64,000 bases of DNA, taken from NCBI GenBank assembly GCA_030649735.1, contig JAUSFL010000023.1, positions 15,698 to 79,697 of the forward strand, in the 5' to 3' direction. The notes beneath the pieces were generated by a model. It saw nothing but the letters and a program-made list of their open reading frames with translations. It did not search any database and was not told where the DNA came from. Made by a program: the position numbers and the translations under genes. Each line of letters begins with the position of its first letter. Position 1 is the first letter of the stretch. This document shows, one piece after another, positions 36,149 to 45,532 of this stretch. Source of the stretch: Candidatus Iainarchaeum sp. (GTDB taxonomy: Archaea; Iainarchaeota; Iainarchaeia; Iainarchaeales; UBA10191).

Positions 36149-36673
36149 ATGCGTGAGCTAGAGCTTGAACGGACTTTTCTCGCAAAATTCCTGCCTGAAG
36201 GCCTTAAGGAATGCAAGCGCAAGGAAATAATTGACGTTTACATTCCAAGATCAAGGGAGCATCCTACTTTGAGGATTCGCAAGAATGGCGAAAGCTTTGA
36301 AATCACAAAGAAAGAGCCAGTGCAAGGCGATGATGCTTCAAAGCAATTGGAGCAGACAATTCATCTTTCCAAGGAAGAATTCGAGTCTCTTGCAAGGCTT
36401 GATGGAAAAAAAGTCGCAAAACTCAGGCATTATTACAAGTTTGGCGGAAAAACTTTTGAAATTGACGTTTTTTGCGGCGCGCTTGAAGGACTGGTTTTGG
36501 TTGACATTGAATTTGATGACGAGAATGAAAAAGACTCTTTTGAAATGCCTGAATTCTGCCTTGCTGACGTGACTTTGGAAAAGTTTGCCGCGGGCGGAAT
36601 GCTTTGCGGAAAATCATACAAGGACATAGAGCCAGCATTGAAAAAATACGATTATAAAAAATTGTTTTTGTGA
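36149..36673 (+). CDS. CYTH-domain protein (triphosphate tunnel metalloenzyme, CyaB/ThTPase-like)
   Basis: N-terminal ELERTFL (EIERKF-like CYTH signature). About 175 aa. ATG at 36149 is preferred over the GTG at 36122. Confidence 0.6.
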   Translation: MRELELERTFLAKFLPEGLKECKRKEIIDVYIPRSREHPTLRIRKNGESFEITKKEPVQGDDASKQLEQTIHLSKEEFESLARLDGKKVAKLRHYYKFGGKTFEIDVFCGALEGLVLVDIEFDDENEKDSFEMPEFCLADVTLEKFAAGGMLCGKSYKDIEPALKKYDYKKLFL

Positions 36674-37152
36674 TTTCGATGTATGAGCCGAAAAAAGAAT
36701 TCATGCTTGCTGCAATCGAGGCTGCTTTGGGGGCAAAAAATATTGGCGATTATGCGATTGGCGCAGCGGTTGTGAAAGATGGAACGATTATTGCAAAGGC
36801 GGGCACAAGCGTCAAGACTGACCAAAACCCTGTAAACCATGGAGAAATGGTCGCCATTCAAAAGGCGGCGAAATTTTTGGGAAACAGGGTTTTGGAAGGT
36901 TGCGTTCTGTACACTACTCACGAGCCTTGCCCAATGTGTGCTTCAGCCGCTGTTTGGGCCAGAATGGATGGGATTGTTTTTGGGGCAACAATGCAGGACA
37001 TGTTTGAGTTTGCTTCAAAAAACAGGGGCAAGGAATTCTCTTGGAGGACTATTTCAATTTCTGCAGGAAAAGTTTTGGAAAAAGGAAACCCAAAGCTTTT
37101 TTTAGTCAAGGAATTCATGCGCAAGGAATGTGTTGAATTGTTCCATTGCTAG
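36670..37152 (+). CDS. CDA-fold nucleoside/nucleotide deaminase (TadA/guanine-cytosine deaminase-like)
   Basis: HGEMVAI and HEPCPMCASA zinc-binding motifs. Confidence 0.75.
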   Translation: MISMYEPKKEFMLAAIEAALGAKNIGDYAIGAAVVKDGTIIAKAGTSVKTDQNPVNHGEMVAIQKAAKFLGNRVLEGCVLYTTHEPCPMCASAAVWARMDGIVFGATMQDMFEFASKNRGKEFSWRTISISAGKVLEKGNPKLFLVKEFMRKECVELFHC

Positions 37153-37196
37153 ATTTTCCCGAGGTTTTATTAACAAAAAAAGCATGATTGTTCCTT

Positions 37197-38012
37197 ATGG
37201 GCCAGAAAGTTGTTGCAGTTATTGCAGCGCATAATGAGGAAGTTTCAATTCAGGACACTTTGGAAATCCTTAATTCTTTCAGGCAAAAAAGGCTGCTTGA
37301 TGAAATTGTGGTTGTGAATGACGGCAGCACTGATAGGACTGCTGAGATTGCAAGGCGTTTTGGCGCTGTTGTTGCAAGCCATTCAAGAAACCAGGGAAAG
37401 CGGGCTTGCTTTATTACTGGCGCTTTCAAAGCAAGGGAGCTTGGCGCTTCCACAATGTTTATGCTTGATGCGGACATCATGGAATTCCCGGAACAAACTT
37501 TCAGGAAAATGGTTTCTTCAGTGACTAGTGAGGGAAAGCTGATGGCAATTGCGCAGCAGTTTGAGGAATCGCCCAGCCCTAAGGAAGTCCTTGACGGCGT
37601 TTCGCATTACAAAGTCAATAACTATCATTCTAATGCCCAAAGGGCTTTTAGCATTAGTGCATTGGAGCCATTGTTTAGGAACAACAAGAAGTGGGTTTCT
37701 TTGCTCACTTCAAAGGCTCATAAGTTCTTGACTCGTACTGAAAAGGCTGCTGGCAGCAAGTGGGGCCTTGAGTTTGCGTTGGACTATTTGATTCCCGCAG
37801 GAAAAGCTGTCTTTCTTCAGGAATTTCCTGTTTGCACTAGGCCTGCTTTCAGGAAGAATTCCAACCATGGAATGGTGCAAGAGCAGGGCAGGGGAATTGT
37901 GAAAATGAAAATGGCTGAAAGGAAGAATGCCGCGAAAAAGCTTTGGAGATTAAGGGCGAGAAAAAAATTTGCCAAAAGCCCAAGGCATGTTGTTTTGAAA
38001 AGGCCGCTTTAG
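37197..38012 (+). CDS. family 2 glycosyltransferase (GT-A fold) with a basic C-terminal tail
   Basis: VAVIAAHNEE...VVVNDGSTD...LDADI (DxD) pattern. Arg/Lys-rich C-terminal ~35 aa. Confidence 0.75.
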   Translation: MGQKVVAVIAAHNEEVSIQDTLEILNSFRQKRLLDEIVVVNDGSTDRTAEIARRFGAVVASHSRNQGKRACFITGAFKARELGASTMFMLDADIMEFPEQTFRKMVSSVTSEGKLMAIAQQFEESPSPKEVLDGVSHYKVNNYHSNAQRAFSISALEPLFRNNKKWVSLLTSKAHKFLTRTEKAAGSKWGLEFALDYLIPAGKAVFLQEFPVCTRPAFRKNSNHGMVQEQGRGIVKMKMAERKNAAKKLWRLRARKKFAKSPRHVVLKRPL

Positions 38013-39676
38013 ATTTTCAATTCCTTGTCTTGCTCGAAAGAAATGCCTTTCTTTAACGCGATTTCTGCCTTTTGCAGTTCTGTTCCAAGGTACATTGCGT
38101 GGCTTCCTTGCATGCTGATGTCGTTTGAGATTCTGGAGTACAGTTCTTTTGCAGTCTTTCCGCCCCACATTCTTAATGCCTGCGAGCTTTCAGGATGCAT
38201 TAAAGTGCATGAAATTTCTTCGCCTTTTAATTCCACGAGAAAGTTTCCTTTCGCATCTCTAAAGTCCTTGCGTGGTTTTCTGTAAAGCTTTAGGGCTGTT
38301 TCAACCTGCTGGTAGTAGTTGTTGTAGATTTGCGCGCTGCTTGAAATTATTATCAATAATCCGCAAGGCACTTTGATTGCTTCCGCAATTTCTTTCTGGA
38401 TTGCGGCCATTCCGTAGGCGTTTTCAGGCCAGCCTTGAACCATGTCATGGCTTCTGAAATAAACTGTTAAATTCAATTTTTCGTCCTGGACCATTGCCTG
38501 AATCATCACTAAGCAAGGAGAGCTCTTGTGCTTTCTTAAAAGCTCGTCTGCGGGATGCCATGTCACTGCAACAATCGCTTTTGAGTAAGGGTCGCGCTTT
38601 AAGGTTTCAATCATGTCTTTCACTTGATTTATTTCCGCTTTTTCCCCGTTGAATTTCACGTTTTCGAGAATGAATTCTCCCTTTCCGAACTCGAAGTTTT
38701 GGATTGCGTCATTTTCCAAAAGTTCTTTCAGTTCCTTGCTTGAAGGGCTGTAGTAAGCGCGGAGCTTGTTTCCGTAAGTGTATGCCTTTCCTGCTGGCAG
38801 TTCTGGCGAAAGAATTTCTGACTGGTATGCGCGGATTTTTTCAACAGTCAATGGAATCAGGAATGGATTCAATGACAAGTCCATGTTTTGCGCGTCTTCA
38901 ATAACGCACGCCATGTTGTTTATTTCCTTCACCCAGCGGTCAGTATTCGCGTTCATCAGGTTTTTTCTTCCGTAAGTGTAAATTGCGTGAATCATTTCCA
39001 GCCAGGTTTCAGGAATTGTTTTCCCCTGAACCAGTAAAGGCCCGCCTTCGAAAGGCAGGCTTTCACCCATTTCTTCAAACGCAAAAACCACTGGATTTTC
39101 CAAGAATACCTTTTTCTTTTCCAATGTTTTCAAAAGCTCATTTGCTCTTTCAATTTTTTCATCCAATGATGCATTGGGCATTTCAGAGTTCAAATCTATC
39201 AATTGCACGTTTTCCGAGACTTTTTGAATCATTCCTGTGGGGATGTTCTTGTCAAAGTAAACCGCGCTTTCAAATCCTGGAATTTTTCTTTCGCCAGTAA
39301 TTCCTTGCTTGAAAAACGCGCGGATTGCGTTAGCGCTTGTCACTTGCTGCAGGCCTTGGTTGTTTGGGGAAGCGCAGGCATACTCGTTGCCGAGCATTAT
39401 CATATAGCGTATTTGCGGGTTTGCAAGTAAATTCCTGACCATTCCCGCAAGCCCTGCTGGAGTGTAAAAGTTTGTCGCGATTGCAAGGTTTTCTTTGGAA
39501 AGCTTTGGCATTATTACATCACGCATTGTCCAGAGGAAAGTGACTGAGACTTGCGCGTCATTAAGTTCTGCGTCTTTTCCGACAGCGAACGAGACCCTGT
39601 CTTTCACAACCACTGGCCAGCCTTTGCCTCCAGTGCTGTCTTTCTGGTTTTTTATTTCATCAATCAATCCAGCCAT
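38009..39676 (-). CDS. thymidylate synthase (ThyA-fold) homolog with a ~220-aa N-terminal extension
   Basis: C-terminal half has SSPCLVMIQAMV (catalytic Cys region), LTVYFRSHDMVQGWPENAYGMAAIQ (RSxD...G.P.N) and SSAQIYNNY. N-terminal ~220 aa unrecognised. Confidence 0.6.
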   Translation of the reverse strand: MAGLIDEIKNQKDSTGGKGWPVVVKDRVSFAVGKDAELNDAQVSVTFLWTMRDVIMPKLSKENLAIATNFYTPAGLAGMVRNLLANPQIRYMIMLGNEYACASPNNQGLQQVTSANAIRAFFKQGITGERKIPGFESAVYFDKNIPTGMIQKVSENVQLIDLNSEMPNASLDEKIERANELLKTLEKKKVFLENPVVFAFEEMGESLPFEGGPLLVQGKTIPETWLEMIHAIYTYGRKNLMNANTDRWVKEINNMACVIEDAQNMDLSLNPFLIPLTVEKIRAYQSEILSPELPAGKAYTYGNKLRAYYSPSSKELKELLENDAIQNFEFGKGEFILENVKFNGEKAEINQVKDMIETLKRDPYSKAIVAVTWHPADELLRKHKSSPCLVMIQAMVQDEKLNLTVYFRSHDMVQGWPENAYGMAAIQKEIAEAIKVPCGLLIIISSSAQIYNNYYQQVETALKLYRKPRKDFRDAKGNFLVELKGEEISCTLMHPESSQALRMWGGKTAKELYSRISNDISMQGSHAMYLGTELQKAEIALKKGISFEQDKELKI

Positions 39677-39736
39677 TGCTATTCCCTTTTTTTTAAATAG
39701 TCTGCAAAATGATTAAAACCAGAACGTTGGTTTTGT

Positions 39737-40378
39737 TCAGTTTTTAAAAAGCAAGTCCAGCTCTTTTTGCACTTGAATCCAGACTTCTTCAATGCTTTTG
39801 CTTCCGTCAATGACTTTGATATTGTGGTCTGGAAGCAGTTTTGGAAGTTCCAAGTAATTCTGCCTTGCCTTTTCCAAAAAGCCTGTTTTTTCAAACTTTT
39901 CATTCTTGAAATTTCCCGTAATTTTTTTCCTTTCATTGTCTATTGCAGAGCGCTGCATTGCAAGTTCTGCAGGGCAGTCAATTAACAGCACTAAATCCGG
40001 CTTTTGCACTTTTGCATGAAGCTTGATGATTTTTTGCAAGTCATTGCCTTGGGCTTTTTGGTAAGCGAAAGTAGAGTACATGAACCTGTCGCAAAGCACT
40101 ATTGTTCCCTGCTTCAAGTTTGGCAAAATCAGATTCTGCAAGTGGTCTTGCCTGTCCTTTAAATAAAGCTCGAGGTATTTTTCTGCATTGGCTTCTGGCT
40201 CTGTGTCTTTGGATAGCAATTCTCTAATCATTGTCCCATATTTCCTGTATGTAGGCTCGCGCGTCAAGAGAATGTAATTCTTTTTTGATTTTTTGAAAAT
40301 GTAATTTGCTGCCTTCAAGAACTGCGTGCTTTTTCCGCACCCGTCAATGCCTTCCCAAATTATGAATTTTCCTTGCAT
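39737..40378 (-). CDS. tmk: thymidylate kinase
   Basis: IIWEGIDGCGKSTQ P-loop and LTREPT motif. Confidence 0.85.
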   Translation of the reverse strand: MQGKFIIWEGIDGCGKSTQFLKAANYIFKKSKKNYILLTREPTYRKYGTMIRELLSKDTEPEANAEKYLELYLKDRQDHLQNLILPNLKQGTIVLCDRFMYSTFAYQKAQGNDLQKIIKLHAKVQKPDLVLLIDCPAELAMQRSAIDNERKKITGNFKNEKFEKTGFLEKARQNYLELPKLLPDHNIKVIDGSKSIEEVWIQVQKELDLLFKN

Positions 40379-40473
40379 TTCAGATTGAATGAATTTACTG
40401 TTTTAAAAGCCTTTAGTGACATTACTTGTTTTACAAAGATGAATTCAAGCAAAATTTCAGAAAGTGTTTTTTT

Positions 40474-42228
40474 ATGCCTACCATCAGGAAGCCAATCATC
40501 ACAGTCCTTGGGCATGTTGACCATGGAAAGACCTCTTTTTTGGACGCCATTCGCGGAACCACTGTTGTTGAGAAGGAAGCCGGCAGGATTACGCAGCACA
40601 TTGGCGCTACTGAAGTCCCAATAGAAGCAGTTACAAAGATTGCCGGCCCGCTTCTTGAAAAATACAAGTTTAATTTGACAATTCCCGGGCTTTTGTTCAT
40701 TGACACTCCGGGCCATGAGGCTTTTTCAAACTTGCGCAGGAGAGGCGGAAGCATTGCGGACTTGGCTGTTTTGGTCATTGACATAATGCAGGCCTGCCAG
40801 CCCCAGACTTCTGAAAGCATTGAAATCTTGAAGGCTTTCAAGGTTCCTTTTGTGATTGTTGCAAACAAGGTTGACTTGATTCAAGGCTGGGAAAAGCATC
40901 CTGGAATGAGCTTTACTGAAAGCATCAAGCTTCAGGAAGACTATGTTCAAACTGATTTGGATGAGAAAATTTACTGTCTGGTTGGGGAAATGTTCCACAA
41001 GGGCTTTGTGTGCGAGCGCTTTGACAGGATTTCTGATTTTACAAAGCAGGTTGCGATAATTCCTTTAAGCGCGAAAGACGCTGAAGGATTGCCTGAAGTT
41101 TTGCTTTTTCTTGCTGGCTTGAGCCAAAAGTTTTTGGAAAGCCAGTTGAGGATTGAAGTTTCAGGCCAGGGAAAGGGAACAGTGCTTGAAGTGAAGGAAG
41201 AGAAAGGGTTGGGAAAAACAATTGATGTCATTTTGTATGATGGCTCTTTGAAAGTCGGCGATGAGATTATTGTCGGCGCAGTTAATGGGTTTGTGAAAAC
41301 CAAGATTCGCGCCTTGCTCCAGCCAAAGCCCTTGGATGAAATTCGCTCTCCAGAGCAAAAGTTTGATTCAGTCAGGGAAGTAAGCGCTGCAGTTGGAATA
41401 AAGATTGCAGCCCCGAATTTGGAAGGCGTTCTTGCAGGCAGTCCTTTGATTGTTTACCAAAAGCCAGAGGATGAAGAGGAAGTGCTCAAGGAAGTTGTTG
41501 GATTGAACATTGAGTCAGAGGCTTTGGGGCCTGTTGTGAGGACTGATGCATTGGGCAGTTTGGAGGCCTTGACAATGCTTTTGGACAAGGCCGGAATCAA
41601 GCCGCGCTTTGCGTCAGTTGGCGAGGTTTCAAGAAGGGACATTATTGAGGCTGTCGGCGTTGCCAAAGAAGACAAGTTCAAGGGAGTTGTTTTTGCATTC
41701 AACACAAAATTGAATGACGGCGCTGTTGAAGAATTGAAAAAAAATCCAGTGAAAGTTTTTTCAGCAAATGTCATTTACAGGCTCATTGAAGATTATGAAA
41801 AGTGGGTTAGTGATGAAAACGCGGCAGAGAAAAAGTCTGTTTTGGAAAAAATCGTGTTTCCTGCAAGAATCATTGTGGTCCGAAATTGCATTTTTCGCAA
41901 CGCAAATCCCGCGATTGTTGGAGTGAAGGTTTTGGGCGGCAAATTAAGGCCTGGCGCCAAATTGTTCAATGGCGAGAAATTGCTTGGCGAAGTCATTGCA
42001 ATACAGGACAAGGGAAGCAATTTGCAGGAATTAAAGCAAGGCCAAGAGGCCGCGATTTCCATAACTGACGCGGTTTGCGGCCGCAATCTTTTCGAAGAGG
42101 ACGAGCTTTTGACAGTGCTTTCAGTCAATGATTATGCGGAAATTTTGAAAATAAAGGACGCCTTTACGCAGGCTGAATTGGACTTGGCTGAAGAAATCAG
42201 GAACAAGTTAAGGAAGCAAAGCAAGTAG
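40474..42228 (+). CDS. infB: translation initiation factor aIF5B (IF2 homolog)
   Basis: PIITVLGHVDHGKTSFLDAIRGT GTPase G1, DTPGHEAF G3, NKVD G4. About 585 aa from the ATG at 40474. Confidence 0.9.
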   Translation: MPTIRKPIITVLGHVDHGKTSFLDAIRGTTVVEKEAGRITQHIGATEVPIEAVTKIAGPLLEKYKFNLTIPGLLFIDTPGHEAFSNLRRRGGSIADLAVLVIDIMQACQPQTSESIEILKAFKVPFVIVANKVDLIQGWEKHPGMSFTESIKLQEDYVQTDLDEKIYCLVGEMFHKGFVCERFDRISDFTKQVAIIPLSAKDAEGLPEVLLFLAGLSQKFLESQLRIEVSGQGKGTVLEVKEEKGLGKTIDVILYDGSLKVGDEIIVGAVNGFVKTKIRALLQPKPLDEIRSPEQKFDSVREVSAAVGIKIAAPNLEGVLAGSPLIVYQKPEDEEEVLKEVVGLNIESEALGPVVRTDALGSLEALTMLLDKAGIKPRFASVGEVSRRDIIEAVGVAKEDKFKGVVFAFNTKLNDGAVEELKKNPVKVFSANVIYRLIEDYEKWVSDENAAEKKSVLEKIVFPARIIVVRNCIFRNANPAIVGVKVLGGKLRPGAKLFNGEKLLGEVIAIQDKGSNLQELKQGQEAAISITDAVCGRNLFEEDELLTVLSVNDYAEILKIKDAFTQAELDLAEEIRNKLRKQSK

Positions 42229-42240
42229 TTTTTCCGCACA

Positions 42241-42250
42241 TTTTTTAAAT
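42241..42250 (+). promoter_or_regulatory. TATA-like element upstream of the ilvBN leader ORF (leaderless start predicted)
   Basis: TTTTTTAAAT lies ~25 nt upstream of the ATG at 42273. No SD sequence in between. Confidence 0.35.
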
Positions 42251-42272
42251 TCCTCGCAAGTTATTTATTGTC

Positions 42273-42350
42273 ATGTTTAGTGCAATGCCATCAAAAGTTC
42301 TGCTGCCAGTCGCTGTTTTGGTAGTCTTGGTTGTTGCACTGGTTGCTTAA
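42273..42350 (+). CDS. candidate Val/Leu-rich leader peptide ORF upstream of ilvBN (25 codons)
   Basis: MFSAMPSKVLLPVAVLVVLVVALVA: 9 Val and 5 Leu among the last 17 codons. Sits in the 208-nt gap before ilvB. Confidence 0.3.
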   Translation: MFSAMPSKVLLPVAVLVVLVVALVA

Positions 42351-42436
42351 GCATTCCTGAAAAAAATCGAATTCTGGGAGTGCGGGATTAAAAAGTTCAG
42401 AAGTCTTTAGAAAAAAAGGAAAGAAAGTGGAAAAAA

Positions 42437-44140
42437 ATGAATGGTGCTGAGGCAGTGTTGAAGGCATTGCAGGAAGAGAAAGTCAGGCATTCTTTCGGGG
42501 TTACTGGCGGTTCTGTAATTCCATTGTTTGACGAGTACTTCAAGGACAATCATGAAATCAGGCACATTCCAGTAAGGCATGAGCAGGGCGCTGCGCACGC
42601 GGCTGACGGCTATGCAAGGGCTTCTGGAAAGCCAGGAGTTTGCATTGCGACTTCAGGCCCTGGAGCAACTAATTTGGTCACTGGAATAATGACTGCTTTC
42701 ATGGATTCTAGTCCAATGGTTGCTTTGGGCGGGCAGGTTGCTACTTCGCTGATTGGGAATGACGCCTTTCAAGAGTCTGACATGATGGGAATAACTCTTC
42801 CAATAACAAAGCATAATTTTCAAATCCGCTCTCCGGAAAAAATCAATTCCACAATAAAGAACGCGTTCAAGATTGCGACCACTGGAAGGCCCGGGCCTGT
42901 TTACATTGACTTGCCTAAAGACACTTTAATGAAGGAAGTTTCTGCTGTGGAGAAAGTTCCATTGCATGGCTATAAGCCGAACTTGAAAGGCCATCCATTG
43001 CAGGTGAAAAAGGCTGCAGAGCTTTTGCTGAATGCCGAAAGGCCTGTCTTGCTTTTGGGCGGCGGAGTCATTCTTGCAAACGCCGCAAAGGAAGCTGCAG
43101 AATTGGCTTTGGAATTCAACATTCCAGTAATAACCACTTTAATGGGAAAGTCGGCATTTCCTGAAACAAATGCTCTCTCGCTTGGAATGCTTGGCATGCA
43201 TGGGAGAAAATGCGCGAATTACGCTATTTCCAATGCTGATGTGGTTTTGGCTGTCGGCTGCAGGTTTAATGACAGGATTACTGGAAAGCTTTCAACATTC
43301 TTGAAGGACGCAAAATTAATCCACATTGACGTTGATAATTCAGAGATTGGAAAAATCGTTCCTTCAGCAATTCCGATTGTTGGGGACGCAAAGCTTGTTT
43401 TGCAAGACTTGCTTTTGGCCGCAAAAAAGTTTTCTTTAGCGAAGAAAACAACTTGGTCTGAAAAATTAAAGGTTTTGGCGAAAGAATGCGACTGTGACTT
43501 GAATATTTCTTCAAATCCGGCAGACCCTAAAAGAGTGATTTTTGAAATTTCCAAAGTCCTCAAGGAAAATGACATTGTAACCACTGGGGTAGGCCAGCAT
43601 CAAATGTTTGCAGCGCACTTCCTAAAGCGCGATAGGCCAAGGACTTTCATTTCCAGCGGCGGCGCCGGAACAATGGGATTTGGATTTCCTGCCGCGATTG
43701 GCGCAAGGCTTGCAAGGCCGGATTCTGAAGTTTTCAACATTGATGGCGATGGAAGCTTTGGAATGAATGTCCAGGAGCTTGCAACCTGCAGGTTTGAAAA
43801 CATTAAGGTCATTCCGGTAATTTTCAATAATTCTTACTTAGGAATGGTCAGGCAGTGGCTTGAACTGTTTTATGAAAAGCGGTATTCCACTGTTGACTTG
43901 GGGCAAAGCACTGACTTTTCTAAAATTTCTGAAGGCTTTGGAGTGAAGGGATTGAGGGTTGAAAGGCCTTCAGAGCTTGCTGAAGCGTTCCAGGCCGCGT
44001 TGAAGAATGATGAAACAACTGTAATTGATGTTGCAATCGCGCCAGAAGCAAACATCACTCCAATGTTTTCTGCGGGCTCTTCAGTCTTTGAAATGTTCGG
44101 ACCTTGCATTACTGAAAATTATTTTAAGAGGGCATTGTAA
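42437..44140 (+). CDS. ilvB: acetolactate synthase large subunit (ThDP-dependent)
   Basis: ThDP-binding GDGSFGMN...NN motif. Three-domain ~567-aa ALS pattern (GVTGGSVIPLFD, FISSGGAGTMGFGFPAAIGA). Confidence 0.85.
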   Translation: MNGAEAVLKALQEEKVRHSFGVTGGSVIPLFDEYFKDNHEIRHIPVRHEQGAAHAADGYARASGKPGVCIATSGPGATNLVTGIMTAFMDSSPMVALGGQVATSLIGNDAFQESDMMGITLPITKHNFQIRSPEKINSTIKNAFKIATTGRPGPVYIDLPKDTLMKEVSAVEKVPLHGYKPNLKGHPLQVKKAAELLLNAERPVLLLGGGVILANAAKEAAELALEFNIPVITTLMGKSAFPETNALSLGMLGMHGRKCANYAISNADVVLAVGCRFNDRITGKLSTFLKDAKLIHIDVDNSEIGKIVPSAIPIVGDAKLVLQDLLLAAKKFSLAKKTTWSEKLKVLAKECDCDLNISSNPADPKRVIFEISKVLKENDIVTTGVGQHQMFAAHFLKRDRPRTFISSGGAGTMGFGFPAAIGARLARPDSEVFNIDGDGSFGMNVQELATCRFENIKVIPVIFNNSYLGMVRQWLELFYEKRYSTVDLGQSTDFSKISEGFGVKGLRVERPSELAEAFQAALKNDETTVIDVAIAPEANITPMFSAGSSVFEMFGPCITENYFKRAL

Positions 44141-44643
44141 TGAGTTTTGAGAAAAAATCCAATGGGTTGAGAAAGCACATTGTTGGAATGCTTGTGAATG
44201 ACGAGCCCGGGGTTTTGGCAAAGATTTCCGGAATGTTCACTCGCCGCGGCTTTAACATTGACACTATCATTGTCGGAAAGACAAACATTCCTGATGTTTC
44301 CCACATTGTAATAAGCCTTTTGGGGAATGACAGGACTATAGAGCAGTTGGACAAGCAATTGTACAAAATGATTGACATTGTAAAGCTTGCTGACTTTAGC
44401 GAGTCAAATGCAGTGGTTCGAGAGCATTGCCTCTTGAAGGTTTCTTCCACTGAAAAAAGCGTTGAGCACTTGAATAATGTATGCAAACTTTTCGAGGCCC
44501 GCGTGCTTCACGTGAACACTGAAAGCGTCATTGTGGAACTCGCAAGCTCTCCTTCAAAAATTGATTCATTGATTGAAACCCTTGCCCCTTTTGGAATCAA
44601 GGAATTAAGCAGGACCGGAGTCAACGCGCTGCAGAAAGACTGA
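44140..44643 (+). CDS. ilvN: acetolactate synthase small (regulatory) subunit
   Basis: ACT domain HIVGMLVNDEPGVLAKISGMFTRRGFNIDTI. ATGA overlap with ilvB. Confidence 0.85.
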   Translation: MSFEKKSNGLRKHIVGMLVNDEPGVLAKISGMFTRRGFNIDTIIVGKTNIPDVSHIVISLLGNDRTIEQLDKQLYKMIDIVKLADFSESNAVVREHCLLKVSSTEKSVEHLNNVCKLFEARVLHVNTESVIVELASSPSKIDSLIETLAPFGIKELSRTGVNALQKD

Positions 44644-44708
44644 CTTTTTTTTGGTTTTTGGTTTTAAAAACTGGCATATTTTAAATTCTTGGAATTCTTT
44701 ATTGTTTA

Positions 44709-45428
44709 ATGCCTCAAATCATCCGTCAAGGCGTTGCTGCCAAGTGGCGTTCTGAAAGACTGCAGCAAGCGCGGAAAAGCCTTCATGACAAATTAAGGGT
44801 TTTCAAAGGGGCCAGCGCGCATCAGAGGAGAATGTACGCTGACTTGAGGAAAACAATTGTTTTTGGAAAGAAATTCCTTTCAACTTTTCCTGAAATTGAA
44901 GTGCGCGGGAAGAAAAGGAAAAAATTTGCATTATTTCTTTCTAGGACTGATTGGGAGTCTCCGGTTTCAATTGCATTGAATGTCCAGGACGTGCCAAAGG
45001 GAAGCAACTTGCCTGGCGCTTGGCATCCCAGGCTAATGCAAAGCAAGCTTGCTGAAGCCGGCTTGGAATTTGACAAAAATAGTGTAATAATGACTCTTCA
45101 AGGAAGGCAATTAACTGAAAGAGAGCAGAAAGCCAAGCCATTGCTTGACTTGTTCAAAAACTGTTCTGGAAAATCTTGGGCTGACTTTCTTGTTGAAAGA
45201 GTTGAAGAGCACGCAAGGCAATTGGGCTTTAAGCAATGCAAAATCAGGGAGCCAAGCACGCTCGTATTTTACCAAACTCCAGTGGTTTCAAAGCCTGGCA
45301 GTTCCAGAAGGCCTGCAACTGATGGGGAAAAATTGAAAATCAGGCAGCAAATGCACAAGCTGTATGACGGCACTGCATTAAGCCACCATTACAGGAAAGA
45401 AGGAGAATTTTGGGTCAAGGATTTGTAA
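44709..45428 (+). CDS. hypothetical basic protein
   Basis: 239-aa ORF, Arg/Lys-rich, no recognised motif. Confidence 0.45.
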   Translation: MPQIIRQGVAAKWRSERLQQARKSLHDKLRVFKGASAHQRRMYADLRKTIVFGKKFLSTFPEIEVRGKKRKKFALFLSRTDWESPVSIALNVQDVPKGSNLPGAWHPRLMQSKLAEAGLEFDKNSVIMTLQGRQLTEREQKAKPLLDLFKNCSGKSWADFLVERVEEHARQLGFKQCKIREPSTLVFYQTPVVSKPGSSRRPATDGEKLKIRQQMHKLYDGTALSHHYRKEGEFWVKDL

Positions 45429-45532
45429 GTTTAAAAAGCAGGGGCTTTTTAAAGATTTTCCACCAATTTTACTGTATTAATTCCTAATTTTTTGGAATTT
45501 CTGCATTTTCGTCTGGGAAACTGGCGAGGGGG

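Noticed and set aside
39679-39936. 85-aa minus-strand ORF
   Set aside because: It lies inside and out of frame with the thymidylate kinase gene on the same strand. Basic composition, no support.
40426-40473. Upstream extension of aIF5B (ORF-track start 40426)
   Set aside because: The conserved GTPase N-terminus begins right after the ATG at 40474 (MPTIRKPIITVLGHVDHGKT). The 16 extra codons lack support.
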